A model generated the notes under the pieces. It was not told the origin of the DNA. It saw nothing but the letters and a program-made list of their open reading frames with translations, and did no database searches. Below, piece by piece: positions 7,968 through 16,315 of a stretch of 42,775 bases of DNA (the first letter of the stretch is position 1; the number at the start of each line of letters is the position of its first letter). A program made the position numbers and the translations under genes. The stretch is taken from the IMG/VR virus record IMGVR_UViG_3300031825_000025, positions 1 through 42,775 of that record; one strand, written 5' to 3'. The DNA is from a virus. Lineage: Duplodnaviria > Caudoviricetes.

Positions 7968-9869
7968 ATGACCACTCAAGAGAAGCATAGCCATTGCCTG
8001 GACACCCTGGCCGGCTTGGAGAAAGGCGCCCGCATCGCCTGGACGGACCACAACGGAGAAGCGCGAGAAGATGAGGTGCTCAGCGTGGGCACCAAGCGGA
8101 TCACGACACTCCTCACCACCGTCGCCTTCAACGTCAAAGACTTGCGGGTGGTGTCCACGCCGGAAAGCCCAGTCCCAGCGCCGGAGCCCCCTACCCCGGC
8201 CCCTACCCCCAGCCTCCGCGACCTGAGCCCGCAACCCGGCGAGTGGATCCAGTGGACCGACGAACGGGATCAGGAGCACACCGACGAGATTCGCGGGTGG
8301 GATGACGAGCAGATCACCACCGCCCGGACGCGGGTGCCCTGGACCGCCCGTAACCTGCGCCTGGCGGTCGGCGGCAGTTCCAGTGCGGAGCGACAGGCGC
8401 TCACCCAGGCGGAGCCCGAAGCGCGAGAGGCGATGGAACGAGCCATCAGCAGCGGCGAGGAGATTCACGCCCGTATTCCGCTGGACTGGATCGACGAGAG
8501 CCCTTTCAACCCGCGCAAGACCTTCGACGGCGAAAAGCTCGCTGCCCTGGCGCAGAACATCCAGGATGCGGGCCTGATCGACCCGCTCCTCGTCCGCCCG
8601 AAAGGCGACGATAAGTGCGAGCTGGTGGACGGCGCCCGCCGCCGGCGCGCGTGCCAACTCGCCGGCCTCGCGCTCGTCCCGGTGCGGATCCGCGTCATGG
8701 ACGACGACGAAGCCGACCGGATCATGTTCGATACGCAGGAGCACCGCGAGCCGCTCAACCCCATCGACCGGGCCGAAGCGCTCCTGGAACTGGTCGCCAA
8801 ACACGGCTCGCAGCGAAAGGCGGCCGCACACCTGGAAAGGGTGGCGAAACACCTCAAGATGGACCAATCCGCGATCTCTCGCGCCACCGCCATCGCCCGG
8901 TTGCCGGAGGCGGTGAAGGCGCTGGGACGGGCGAATGAGCTGAGCGCGTCCCACCTGGAGCGCCTGGTCAAATGGAACGACTGGCCGGAGATCTGCAGCG
9001 CGATCGCCGCGCTCGCGGTAAAGGAGCGCACCTCCGTAGCGGACCTGGCTCGACGCCCCATGCCCTTCGCCGAGGAACTGCGGCAGCAGAAGCTGATCCA
9101 CCGCGTGGAAGAGTACAACACCGCCTTTCCCAAAGCCTGGCTCACCGGTGGGGAATACGGCCGGATCTTCGTGAAGGGCGACGGCTATCAGCTCTGGTGG
9201 TGCCTGGAGCCGAAGGTGTTTCAACGGCTCCAGCGGGAGGCGAAGGCGGCGGAACGGGAGCGAGAGCAGGCCAGGACCCAGGAGGCGCTGGCGGCGGCGG
9301 GCGTCGCGGACCGGGGCGACCTGGTGCAACTCCATACCCTGCCGCACAACAGCTACACGGAGCTGAGCGAGAAGTGGCAGCAAACCCCGAGCTGCGACGG
9401 CAAATGCGATTGCCGGGTGCAGGCGTGGTGCCAGCGGCGCAAGAAGACGGTGGCGATCTGCACCAATCCCGAAAAGCTCGAACGCCTGCGGCTCGCTGAT
9501 AAGGCGGCGGCGGCCGAGCGGCGCCGCACGGAAGGTCAGGACCTGCTGGAGCAACTGTTTGTCGACTTGCAGGAGCGCAGCGAGTTCACTACCCGGGATC
9601 TACTGTTCATCAGCACCGGGTCTGCCAGCGCGGAGTACTACGTGAAGGCGGCCGATCTGCTCAACGTGGAGGCTCCGGACGGGTTTCAGAACGATCCCTC
9701 CCGGCTCTCGGCGGTCCCGCTGCACGAAGCGCGGAACCTGATGGTGATGGCCCGGGCGCTGCGCGACGCAGAGTACTACGTCAACGGCTGGCACTCGGGA
9801 ACGCTCGCCCGCATTGAGTGGCACCTCGGCCTTGAGGCGCCCGCCGCGGAGAAACCCACCGATGAGTGA
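7968..9869 (+). CDS. ParB/Spo0J-domain protein with N-terminal tandem repeat and C-terminal extension
   Basis: FNPRKTFD...LAQNIQDAGLIDPLLVRP...LVDGARRRRACQLAGL; REPLNPIDRAEA; HTH VAKHLKMDQSAISR. Confidence 0.88.
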   Translation: MTTQEKHSHCLDTLAGLEKGARIAWTDHNGEAREDEVLSVGTKRITTLLTTVAFNVKDLRVVSTPESPVPAPEPPTPAPTPSLRDLSPQPGEWIQWTDERDQEHTDEIRGWDDEQITTARTRVPWTARNLRLAVGGSSSAERQALTQAEPEAREAMERAISSGEEIHARIPLDWIDESPFNPRKTFDGEKLAALAQNIQDAGLIDPLLVRPKGDDKCELVDGARRRRACQLAGLALVPVRIRVMDDDEADRIMFDTQEHREPLNPIDRAEALLELVAKHGSQRKAAAHLERVAKHLKMDQSAISRATAIARLPEAVKALGRANELSASHLERLVKWNDWPEICSAIAALAVKERTSVADLARRPMPFAEELRQQKLIHRVEEYNTAFPKAWLTGGEYGRIFVKGDGYQLWWCLEPKVFQRLQREAKAAEREREQARTQEALAAAGVADRGDLVQLHTLPHNSYTELSEKWQQTPSCDGKCDCRVQAWCQRRKKTVAICTNPEKLERLRLADKAAAAERRRTEGQDLLEQLFVDLQERSEFTTRDLLFISTGSASAEYYVKAADLLNVEAPDGFQNDPSRLSAVPLHEARNLMVMARALRDAEYYVNGWHSGTLARIEWHLGLEAPAAEKPTDE

Positions 9870-10119
9870 CCCGCTCACCCGAGCCCTGGCGGATGCGCTC
9901 CGGAGCTGTCACCCAGCCCTGTGCCGGGCGCTGGACGCCGCCATTCAAGACGGCTACCGCCCCGAGGAGATCCAGGCCGCCCTGGACGCGGAAACCGCCC
10001 GCGTGGGCCACGCTCCCGTCACGGCCGGCCTGGTCAACGCCTACCTGTGCGACATCGACCCCGACTTTCGCCGCGCCGAAGACGAGCGCGCGGCCGCGGC
10101 GTGGAGATTGCCCCGATGA
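9862..10119 (+). CDS. Hypothetical protein
   Basis: Overlaps the ParB stop; GGAG RBS. Confidence 0.6.
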   Translation: MSDPLTRALADALRSCHPALCRALDAAIQDGYRPEEIQAALDAETARVGHAPVTAGLVNAYLCDIDPDFRRAEDERAAAAWRLPR

Positions 10120-10646
10120 CCGTCAAAGCCAAGCCGTTCGGTTCCACGAACGTCTCCGTCGAGAACACCAAGACCCAGATCCGCAACCTGCTAACGAAGT
10201 GGGGCGCCAAGGACTTCAAGCAGGTCGAAGACCATGAGCGCCTGCAGGCCGGCGTAGAGTTCAAGGTGCGGCTGGAAAAGACGCGGAGGGATTCGCCCTG
10301 GCTCACGGTGCGGATCGAGATGCCGCTTCCCGATCCCAACGCCGAGGAGTTCCGCTTTTTCTACAATCACAGCGTGCGGAAGGAGCGGAGCGCGGCCGCC
10401 GCCACGGAGAAGTGGCAAGACGAGTTGCGCCGCCGTTGGCGCTGTCTCCACGGGTCGCTTAAGCAGAGCCTCGTCAACATCGACACGCCGATCCGGAGCG
10501 TGGTTGACGAGTTCCACGCCGATATCGTGGTTCCAGGAACCGGCACAACCGTACGGCGGGCCACGCGAGCCGCCGTACTCCAGGCCATCGAAACCGGCCA
10601 GATGCCGCCGATCTTCCGGCGGTTGAGCGCCCCTGAGGAAGAGTGA
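10116..10646 (+). CDS. Conserved-looking phage hypothetical protein
   Basis: ATGA overlap; TNVSVENTKTQIRNLLTKWGA...RRRWRCL resembles a recurrent phage early family. Confidence 0.7.
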   Translation: MTVKAKPFGSTNVSVENTKTQIRNLLTKWGAKDFKQVEDHERLQAGVEFKVRLEKTRRDSPWLTVRIEMPLPDPNAEEFRFFYNHSVRKERSAAAATEKWQDELRRRWRCLHGSLKQSLVNIDTPIRSVVDEFHADIVVPGTGTTVRRATRAAVLQAIETGQMPPIFRRLSAPEEE

Positions 10647-10984
10647 CGATGAGCTACAAGTGCCAGGCCGTCCGTCGCGACGGCACGTTGTGCCCGAACT
10701 GGTCGGTCAACATCCGCAGCTCCGTGGCCGGCCCGGTGGCGGTGTGTGGGCATCACGTCCGGAGCCACGTCCATGCCTACGGCCGGCAGTTCGAGCCGGC
10801 AGATATCTGGCCGGAAGGGTTACTGGTTGCGGCAGAAATCTACGATCAGCTCACGCAGCGCCATCTCGGCACCGCGGAGCTTTACACTGCGCAAGCTACC
10901 CGCAGCGCCGCCCAGGCCGCGGAATGCCGGGTTCGGGCGGAGTGGAAACGTGAGAGCGAGAAGTTGGGCCTGAGAGGGGGATGA
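10643..10984 (+). CDS. Hypothetical Cys/His-rich protein, last gene of the early operon
   Basis: CQAVRRDGTLC...CGHH; followed directly by a terminator. Confidence 0.6.
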   Translation: MTMSYKCQAVRRDGTLCPNWSVNIRSSVAGPVAVCGHHVRSHVHAYGRQFEPADIWPEGLLVAAEIYDQLTQRHLGTAELYTAQATRSAAQAAECRVRAEWKRESEKLGLRGG

Positions 10985-10990
10985 ATACAA

Positions 10991-11033
10991 AAAAGGCCCC
11001 GCCCCGGTAGCAGCTACCGGGGCGGGGCCTTTT
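10991..11033. terminator. Bidirectional intrinsic terminator
   Basis: AAAAGGCCCCGCCCCGGTAG-cag-CTACCGGGGCGGGGCCTTTT. Confidence 0.85.
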
Positions 11034-11047
11034 CATGCTGGAGGAGT

Positions 11048-11263
11048 TTACGGACACCCAGAGTCCGTTTGATCCTGCGGCGTCGTTGGTCGCCCCGCTG
11101 CGGCCGACCCTGCGCAGTCCGGACAGAGGATGCGGATCTCTCGGCCTACGTAGAAGATGGGGAAAGGGGTGTCCGGCGCCACCGCGAAAGCGCCCCCGCA
11201 CTCGTAGCACACGGTGGCTTTGCGTGTTGGCGCGGCCGGATCGGGGGGTGGTTTCTCGGGCAT
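11048..11263 (-). CDS. Small Zn-ribbon protein (71 aa) isolated between two terminators
   Basis: GAAGGA RBS before ATG 11263; CYECG...CPDC. Confidence 0.55.
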   Translation of the reverse strand: MPEKPPPDPAAPTRKATVCYECGGAFAVAPDTPFPIFYVGREIRILCPDCAGSAAAGRPTTPQDQTDSGCP

Positions 11264-11403
11264 CGTGCATTCCTTCAGGTCAAGTGAGAGTGGCTTCAGG
11301 TTACCCGGGTTATCCGGCGGCGAACAATTCGGAGCCAGAAACGCATAAAACCGCCCGAGGCGCGTCAGCCACCGGAGCGACGCTTGCGGCACGGATGACG
11401 ACA

Positions 11404-11448
11404 AAAAGGCCCCGGTTGGTACCAGAGCAGTACCAACCGGGGCCTTTT
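11404..11448. terminator. Bidirectional intrinsic terminator ending the late operon
   Basis: AAAAGGCCCCGGTTGGTAC-cagagca-GTACCAACCGGGGCCTTTT. Confidence 0.85.
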
Positions 11449-11480
11449 GCGTTTCGTAATATTACGAAGTGCGGAAGTGG

Positions 11481-11876
11481 TTAGATGATCTCTTCCGCGG
11501 ACTCCTCAAAGGTGATCGTCCCCTTCAGGAAGGTGTAGCGCTTCCCGTCCTTCACCCAGACACCCTCCACGTAGACGACCGTTTCCGCCTGCGGCAGTCC
11601 GACGGTGTGGCTCGCCAGGATGGTCGCCAGCGCGGTGCCGGCCTCTGCGGAGACGAACGCCACGCCGCCCAGCCCGTCACTGTTCAGGCGGAACACGGCT
11701 TCAGAGGCGGGAGCCGAGGGGCGCCGCTTCCCCGTAACCCAGATCACCCCGCCGGTGAGGTCCAACGCCGACGTGACGCCGGCCTGGGTCTTCTTGGCGG
11801 TGAGATCCAGCTCCATGTCGCGACCGCGAGTCCAAGTGTGTGCGAAATCGGTCCACTTATGTGCTGTCTCACTCAT
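11481..11876 (-). CDS. Virion beta-sandwich protein (BppU-like)
   Basis: Beta-strand pattern ALDLTGGVIWVTGK...YTFLKGTITFEE; last late gene. Confidence 0.55.
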   Translation of the reverse strand: MSETAHKWTDFAHTWTRGRDMELDLTAKKTQAGVTSALDLTGGVIWVTGKRRPSAPASEAVFRLNSDGLGGVAFVSAEAGTALATILASHTVGLPQAETVVYVEGVWVKDGKRYTFLKGTITFEESAEEII

Positions 11877-13434
11877 CGCCGCAGATCCTCGCTGAACCCC
11901 CGTAACGGGTCCGAATGGTGGCTGTGCCGCCGTAGCGCAAGTGAACCGTCGCCGTACCGCCGTACGCCGTTCGCACGGTCACGCTGCCCCCGTAGCAGAT
12001 CGGGCCGGTGAGCTCAATACTGGCCAGCCGGCCAGTGGTGCTCCCGACGCCAGCGGCGTATCCCTGCAGCAGGCGCCGCAGGAGCATGGTCCCGGTAACC
12101 AGGCCGGTTCCGGAACTGCTGCCCTGCAGGGGACGAGCTACGGTCAGGGTCGCGGCGGCGGTGCCGACGCCAGCCGCCACCGCGCGGAGCAGGATCGGCG
12201 GGACGTAGAACGCTCCCGTGGTGCTCCCGACCCCCGCGCTCAGTCCAGTCAGCAGCCTCCGGATCTCCGCCGCGGCCGAGGTAGACGCCGCACCGCTGGC
12301 GGCGCCGGTGAGCCGGCGAGAGAGGGTAGACGCGGCCGTCGTCGCTCCGAGGCCCGCGCCGGTCCCGCTCAGCCGGCGAGAGACCCCCGGCGCGGCCGTC
12401 GTGGCCCCGGAGCCCGCACTCGTCCCGGAACACAGGCGAGAGAGCCGGCAAGTGCCGGCCGTGGCCGCCACTCCCGCCGCGGTGCCGGCGAGCCGGCGGG
12501 AGAGCGTGAGGGCGCCGGTGTTCAGCCCCACGCCCGCGGCGGTCACCACCAGCCGGCGGGCCAGCAGCGGCACCGCGGAGACGACGGCCAGCCCGGCGGC
12601 GCTGCCCGCCAGGCGGCGGGAGACCTGGAGGGTCGCGGACGCGTTGCCTACTCCCGCGGCGGTGCCGGAAAGCAACAGCGCGGGCGGCGGCGGCGAGGCG
12701 TACCAGAACGGTTCGGTGTAGAGCCGCCACCGGCTCGCCGTGTAGAGGTCCTGCACCTGGCCGGCGGTCCACGGCGCGGCGTCCTTCGCCACTCGCAGAT
12801 CGAAATACCAGGCGTGGGCGTAGTTACCGTTGAACGAGCCGGCGCGGCCCAGCACGCGGTTCCCACACGAGCTTTGCGCGGTCAGGGAGCCGCTGTAGCT
12901 GGACGTGGCCCACACCACGCCATTCACGTAGATCGTGATCGTCTTGGCGGTGTGATCCCGCACCACGGCGATATGGAGCAGATCGCCCGCCGTGAACGTC
13001 AGGGTGGACTGGAAGTTAGCTGCGCCCCCGCTCTGGAACCAGCCGACCTTCCCGGCGAGGATGTAGAGGCTCCCCTGGCTGTTATTGCCCGCCGCATCGA
13101 AGTCGGCCCACAGGTAACCGCCGGACCCGCCGTTGGTCATCGGCCGGACCCAGACGGACAGGTTCAGGTTGCCGCTTACGTCGAGCTTGGCGACCTTCCC
13201 GAAATCGACATACCAGCTCGTCCCATCCGTCCGCGCGGTGGGGCCCAGCGGCCCGACCGCCCACTCCTTCCCGTTCGTGAAGGTGCCGTCCGTGTTGCAG
13301 CCGGAAAGGTCGCGCACGGTGCCGCCGTCCCGCTCAGAGAACGGGAGGGCCTGCACGAGTCCGGAGGCCATCGGATCGTCCGGCTGGAAGACCGGATCAG
13401 CCGGCTTGAGATACCGGTCCTGCAAGAGCAGCAT
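11869..13434 (-). CDS. LamG/concanavalin-A-like lectin domain plus 20-aa repeat stalk (fibre/adhesin)
   Basis: LSVWVRP...LLHIAVVRD...TIYVNG...FDLRV LamG signature, then about 11 repeats of the LxGxAAGVGxTxAxLTLSRR type. Confidence 0.8.
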   Translation of the reverse strand: MLLLQDRYLKPADPVFQPDDPMASGLVQALPFSERDGGTVRDLSGCNTDGTFTNGKEWAVGPLGPTARTDGTSWYVDFGKVAKLDVSGNLNLSVWVRPMTNGGSGGYLWADFDAAGNNSQGSLYILAGKVGWFQSGGAANFQSTLTFTAGDLLHIAVVRDHTAKTITIYVNGVVWATSSYSGSLTAQSSCGNRVLGRAGSFNGNYAHAWYFDLRVAKDAAPWTAGQVQDLYTASRWRLYTEPFWYASPPPPALLLSGTAAGVGNASATLQVSRRLAGSAAGLAVVSAVPLLARRLVVTAAGVGLNTGALTLSRRLAGTAAGVAATAGTCRLSRLCSGTSAGSGATTAAPGVSRRLSGTGAGLGATTAASTLSRRLTGAASGAASTSAAAEIRRLLTGLSAGVGSTTGAFYVPPILLRAVAAGVGTAAATLTVARPLQGSSSGTGLVTGTMLLRRLLQGYAAGVGSTTGRLASIELTGPICYGGSVTVRTAYGGTATVHLRYGGTATIRTRYGGSARICGDE

Positions 13435-13443
13435 GCGTGCTCC

Positions 13444-13839
13444 TTAAGCGGTGGCGCCGGTCTGCTGCCGCGTTTTCACCGTGACGGTCACGCTGGCTCC
13501 GCTGGCGTTTTCCACGCGGATCTTGAACGCCCCGAACGAGTGCGGGATGAAGAACCCCCGCCGGTGCGTGGTGGACACGGTGAACGGCATCTCGAACCCG
13601 AAGGGCTTGTCCGCCACAGCTTCGTACGTGGTGGTGTCTACCTCCCGCAGCACGTAGACCTTGAGCCCCACCGTAGCCGTGGCGCCGTACGCGGCCGCAA
13701 TCGAAACTTCGGTCCCCAGCTTGGAGTTGTTACTGAGCGCGGCCGTCTCGGCGTTGCCGGAGTTGGCGACGGCGGAAGCGGCAATGGAGGTCGCCTGCCA
13801 GGCCGCCGCGCTGTCTTGGGTGGGATAAAAACTACCCAT
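13444..13839 (-). CDS. Putative virion/fibre-associated beta protein
   Basis: GGAGG RBS; beta-rich; coupled to neighbours. Confidence 0.65.
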   Translation of the reverse strand: MGSFYPTQDSAAAWQATSIAASAVANSGNAETAALSNNSKLGTEVSIAAAYGATATVGLKVYVLREVDTTTYEAVADKPFGFEMPFTVSTTHRRGFFIPHSFGAFKIRVENASGASVTVTVKTRQQTGATA

Positions 13840-14287
13840 CGGATGCCTCCGCGTCTCGCGCTGCCGCCAGGTCGTCGGCGTCTACGGTGCGGCCGAGTGC
13901 GACCACCGGAGCGGGCACCTCGGCCGACCACTCCGGGTCCGGGACCTGTTCCGCCAGCTCGGCCAGCAGCGCTGCGTACTCGTCGGGGGTGATGTGCCCG
14001 CGAGAGCCGCTGTAGATCACCCAGCGCTGCACCGTCTCTCGCTCCGCGGCGGCAATCGCGCGGTTGACCTCCGTGATGAGCTGCGCCCCCTCCAGCTTGG
14101 CGCAGCTCTCCGGCGAGAGGTGCGCGATGAGGGAGAGCGCGTCCATCGGGCGCGGCACCTGGGGGCAGACGGCCGGGTTGGCGGATAGCTCCGCGTTGAG
14201 CGCCGCCGCCAGGCTGGCGTCATCGGGCGCCCAGTCGGTAACCTGGCTGCGCAGCCAGGTTACCGCGGCCGGAGTAGGATTTGCCAT
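13832..14287 (-). CDS. Hypothetical protein in the fibre module
   Basis: GGAG RBS; coupled to neighbours. Confidence 0.65.
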   Translation of the reverse strand: MANPTPAAVTWLRSQVTDWAPDDASLAAALNAELSANPAVCPQVPRPMDALSLIAHLSPESCAKLEGAQLITEVNRAIAAAERETVQRWVIYSGSRGHITPDEYAALLAELAEQVPDPEWSAEVPAPVVALGRTVDADDLAAARDAEASDG

Positions 14288-14290
14288 GGC

Positions 14291-14944
14291 CTAGTACTCC
14301 AGGAGGTCGATGTCGCCCGTCGCGAACTTGATCGGGTTACCGTTCTGGACCACCACGCAGCTCCGGACGTAGCCGCCGCTGCCGGCCGCGGTGACATCGA
14401 TCGCCACGCCGCCGGCGGCGGTGGCCAGCTTGAAGGTATTGGCCGTCTTGTCCCGCACGTAGTAGACCGTGCCCTCCGAGAGACCGGTCGGCAGGCTCGC
14501 GCCGTTCCGGAGCTCCTCCAGGACCACCGCATCCCCGTCGTTGTAGCCGTGCGCCGCGGCGGTGAGGAAGTCGGTCGCCGCGTCCGCGGTGAAGCTCTGC
14601 TGCGTGCCGCCGAGGGTGCCCCGGTAGAGACCGTTGCCCAACTGATCGCGGACCGCGTAACCGGCCAGGATCACGTTGCTGAGCGTCGCGGCGGTCCCGT
14701 AGTCCGTATCGGCGCTGTTGGCGGTGGCGGACGGGTGAGCCGCGGAGCCCGCATCGAAGGCGGAGGTCACCGCGGCATAGTTCGTCCAGACCCCCGTGGA
14801 GACTTCCACGCCGCCCGCGTCCGTCTTGCTGGGGAGCGTGGTGTAGAGGTGCACCTTGCGGCTAGTGGGGCGGGTGGGCGCCGCGCCCCCGAGAGCCCAG
14901 TCCAGCAGGGCTTTAGCGAGCCAGGCGAATTTTCCGGCGGCCAT
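14291..14944 (-). CDS. Fibre subunit-like protein with an inserted small beta-barrel (FCCH-like) domain
   Basis: ALLDWALGG...VHLYTTLP...GGVEVS...YA...VQNGNPIKFATGDIDL framework with an AAAHGYNDGDAV...LPTGLSEGTVYYV...NTFKLA insert. Confidence 0.7.
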   Translation of the reverse strand: MAAGKFAWLAKALLDWALGGAAPTRPTSRKVHLYTTLPSKTDAGGVEVSTGVWTNYAAVTSAFDAGSAAHPSATANSADTDYGTAATLSNVILAGYAVRDQLGNGLYRGTLGGTQQSFTADAATDFLTAAAHGYNDGDAVVLEELRNGASLPTGLSEGTVYYVRDKTANTFKLATAAGGVAIDVTAAGSGGYVRSCVVVQNGNPIKFATGDIDLLEY

Positions 14945-15020
14945 GGTTCAGGATCTCCTAAGGAAAGCAGACCGGCTCCGCAGAGCACGGCCCGGACGAG
15001 AGGGGTGATGGAACGACTCA

Positions 15021-15983
15021 TCACACGAAGGCGACGGCTACGGCAGTGACGCGGCTGTCCATTGCGGCCATCACGTAAAAGGTCTTGGCGGTGCTCTCCG
15101 TGAGGGTGAGCGTGATCACGCCGGCCGCGGTGCTCATCACCATCCAGTGTTTGCCGGCGGTGATCGTCTGGATGACCGTGCCCGACCCAAACACGACGCC
15201 CCCGTCCGGAGCGGCGGCGCACTCGGCCCCGTTGGCCGCGTCCCCGATCCACACGCGGACCAGGCGCGCCTCACTGGTGAGGTTCGCGGCGTACTCCTTG
15301 AGCTGGATCGTGACGGTGCGGGCGTTGGCTACCTCGGCGGCGGCGTTCACGCCCGGAGCGCTGCCCAGGTCCTTCTGCGCCTGCGCGCTGAGGGCGAGGG
15401 TGCGATCCGCCGAGAGGTCTCCGCCGTTCGCCAAACCGGTGCCGGCGGAGATCAGCCGCGTGGAGGGCGGCACTCCCAGGTTCGTCCGCGCGTTCGCGGC
15501 CGTGCTCGCTCCGGTGCCGCCATCCGTGACGGCCAGGTCCGTGATGCCGGTGATGCTGCCGCCGGCGATAATGGCGTTGCCGCTCTGGTCATAGTCCAGG
15601 CTGCCCCGGAGGAGGTTCGTCCCGTCCGTGAAGATCCGCGCCCGGTACCCCTGGGTGATGGTGACGCCGGTACCGGCGGCCGTTTTTGCGGTGAGGGTGA
15701 ACGCCCCGGTGGTGCCGTTGACGATCAGCCACTCCTGGCCCGCGTCCGCCGGGAGGATCAGGTTGCGATTCCCCGTCAGGATCCCGCTCAGCACGAGCAC
15801 CTTGAGCGGCGCTTCCGTGTCTGGATCCGCCGTATAGTCCCCGGTGCCGGCGACATCGATGGCGACGTACCCGTAGCGCGCCCATTCCACGTGATTGGCT
15901 ACGTTCTCGAACCAGGTGTCTGAGACCGGCTCACCGTCCGACCAGCTATTCTGCAGCGCGATGATGTCTGTGAAGGTGGGCAT
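15021..15983 (-). CDS. Tail fibre protein
   Basis: LSGILTGNRNLILP...NGTTGAFTL; DGGTGASTAANARTNLG; ISAGTGLANGGDLSADRTL, all typical fibre motifs. Confidence 0.8.
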   Translation of the reverse strand: MPTFTDIIALQNSWSDGEPVSDTWFENVANHVEWARYGYVAIDVAGTGDYTADPDTEAPLKVLVLSGILTGNRNLILPADAGQEWLIVNGTTGAFTLTAKTAAGTGVTITQGYRARIFTDGTNLLRGSLDYDQSGNAIIAGGSITGITDLAVTDGGTGASTAANARTNLGVPPSTRLISAGTGLANGGDLSADRTLALSAQAQKDLGSAPGVNAAAEVANARTVTIQLKEYAANLTSEARLVRVWIGDAANGAECAAAPDGGVVFGSGTVIQTITAGKHWMVMSTAAGVITLTLTESTAKTFYVMAAMDSRVTAVAVAFV

Positions 15984-16187
15984 TTACGTTCCTCGTACGC
16001 GGAAGCCGTCGCTCAGCGGCGTGATGCCGACCCGGCCGTAGGCCACCCACCGGCCGGAGACGACCGTGCCCACCCGCACGTCACCGCTGGCGCTGGGCCC
16101 CTGTGCCGACGTGCCGCCGCCGCTGTCCACCCGTGCCTGGCGCAGGGCCTCGCTCAGCACCCGTTGTCCTTCGCTCGGTCGGCTCAT
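15984..16187 (-). CDS. Small hypothetical tail-region protein
   Basis: TGATG coupling upstream; abuts the tail fibre start. Confidence 0.55.
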   Translation of the reverse strand: MSRPSEGQRVLSEALRQARVDSGGGTSAQGPSASGDVRVGTVVSGRWVAYGRVGITPLSDGFRVRGT

Positions 16188-16315
16188 CAGAAGGGGCTCC
16201 GGATCGGCGGCGCATCGTACAGGCGCACGGCCTCGTGGTTCCAGCGGTAGACCAGCAGCGCCGCAAACAGCACGAAGCAGAGCACCGCGCCGCAGGCGTA
16301 AAGGAAGCGTCGCAT
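16187..16315 (-). CDS. Small single-TM protein (42 aa)
   Basis: TGATG overlap with the stop of the 710-aa gene; MRRFLYACGAVLCFVLFAALLVY. Confidence 0.55.
   Translation of the reverse strand: MRRFLYACGAVLCFVLFAALLVYRWNHEAVRLYDAPPIRSPF

Noticed and set aside
11453-11468. Protelomerase (telRL-type) hairpin-telomere site
   Set aside because: The palindrome is short and both recombinases carry standard integrase/Xer R-K-HxxR-H-Y motifs rather than looking like protelomerases.
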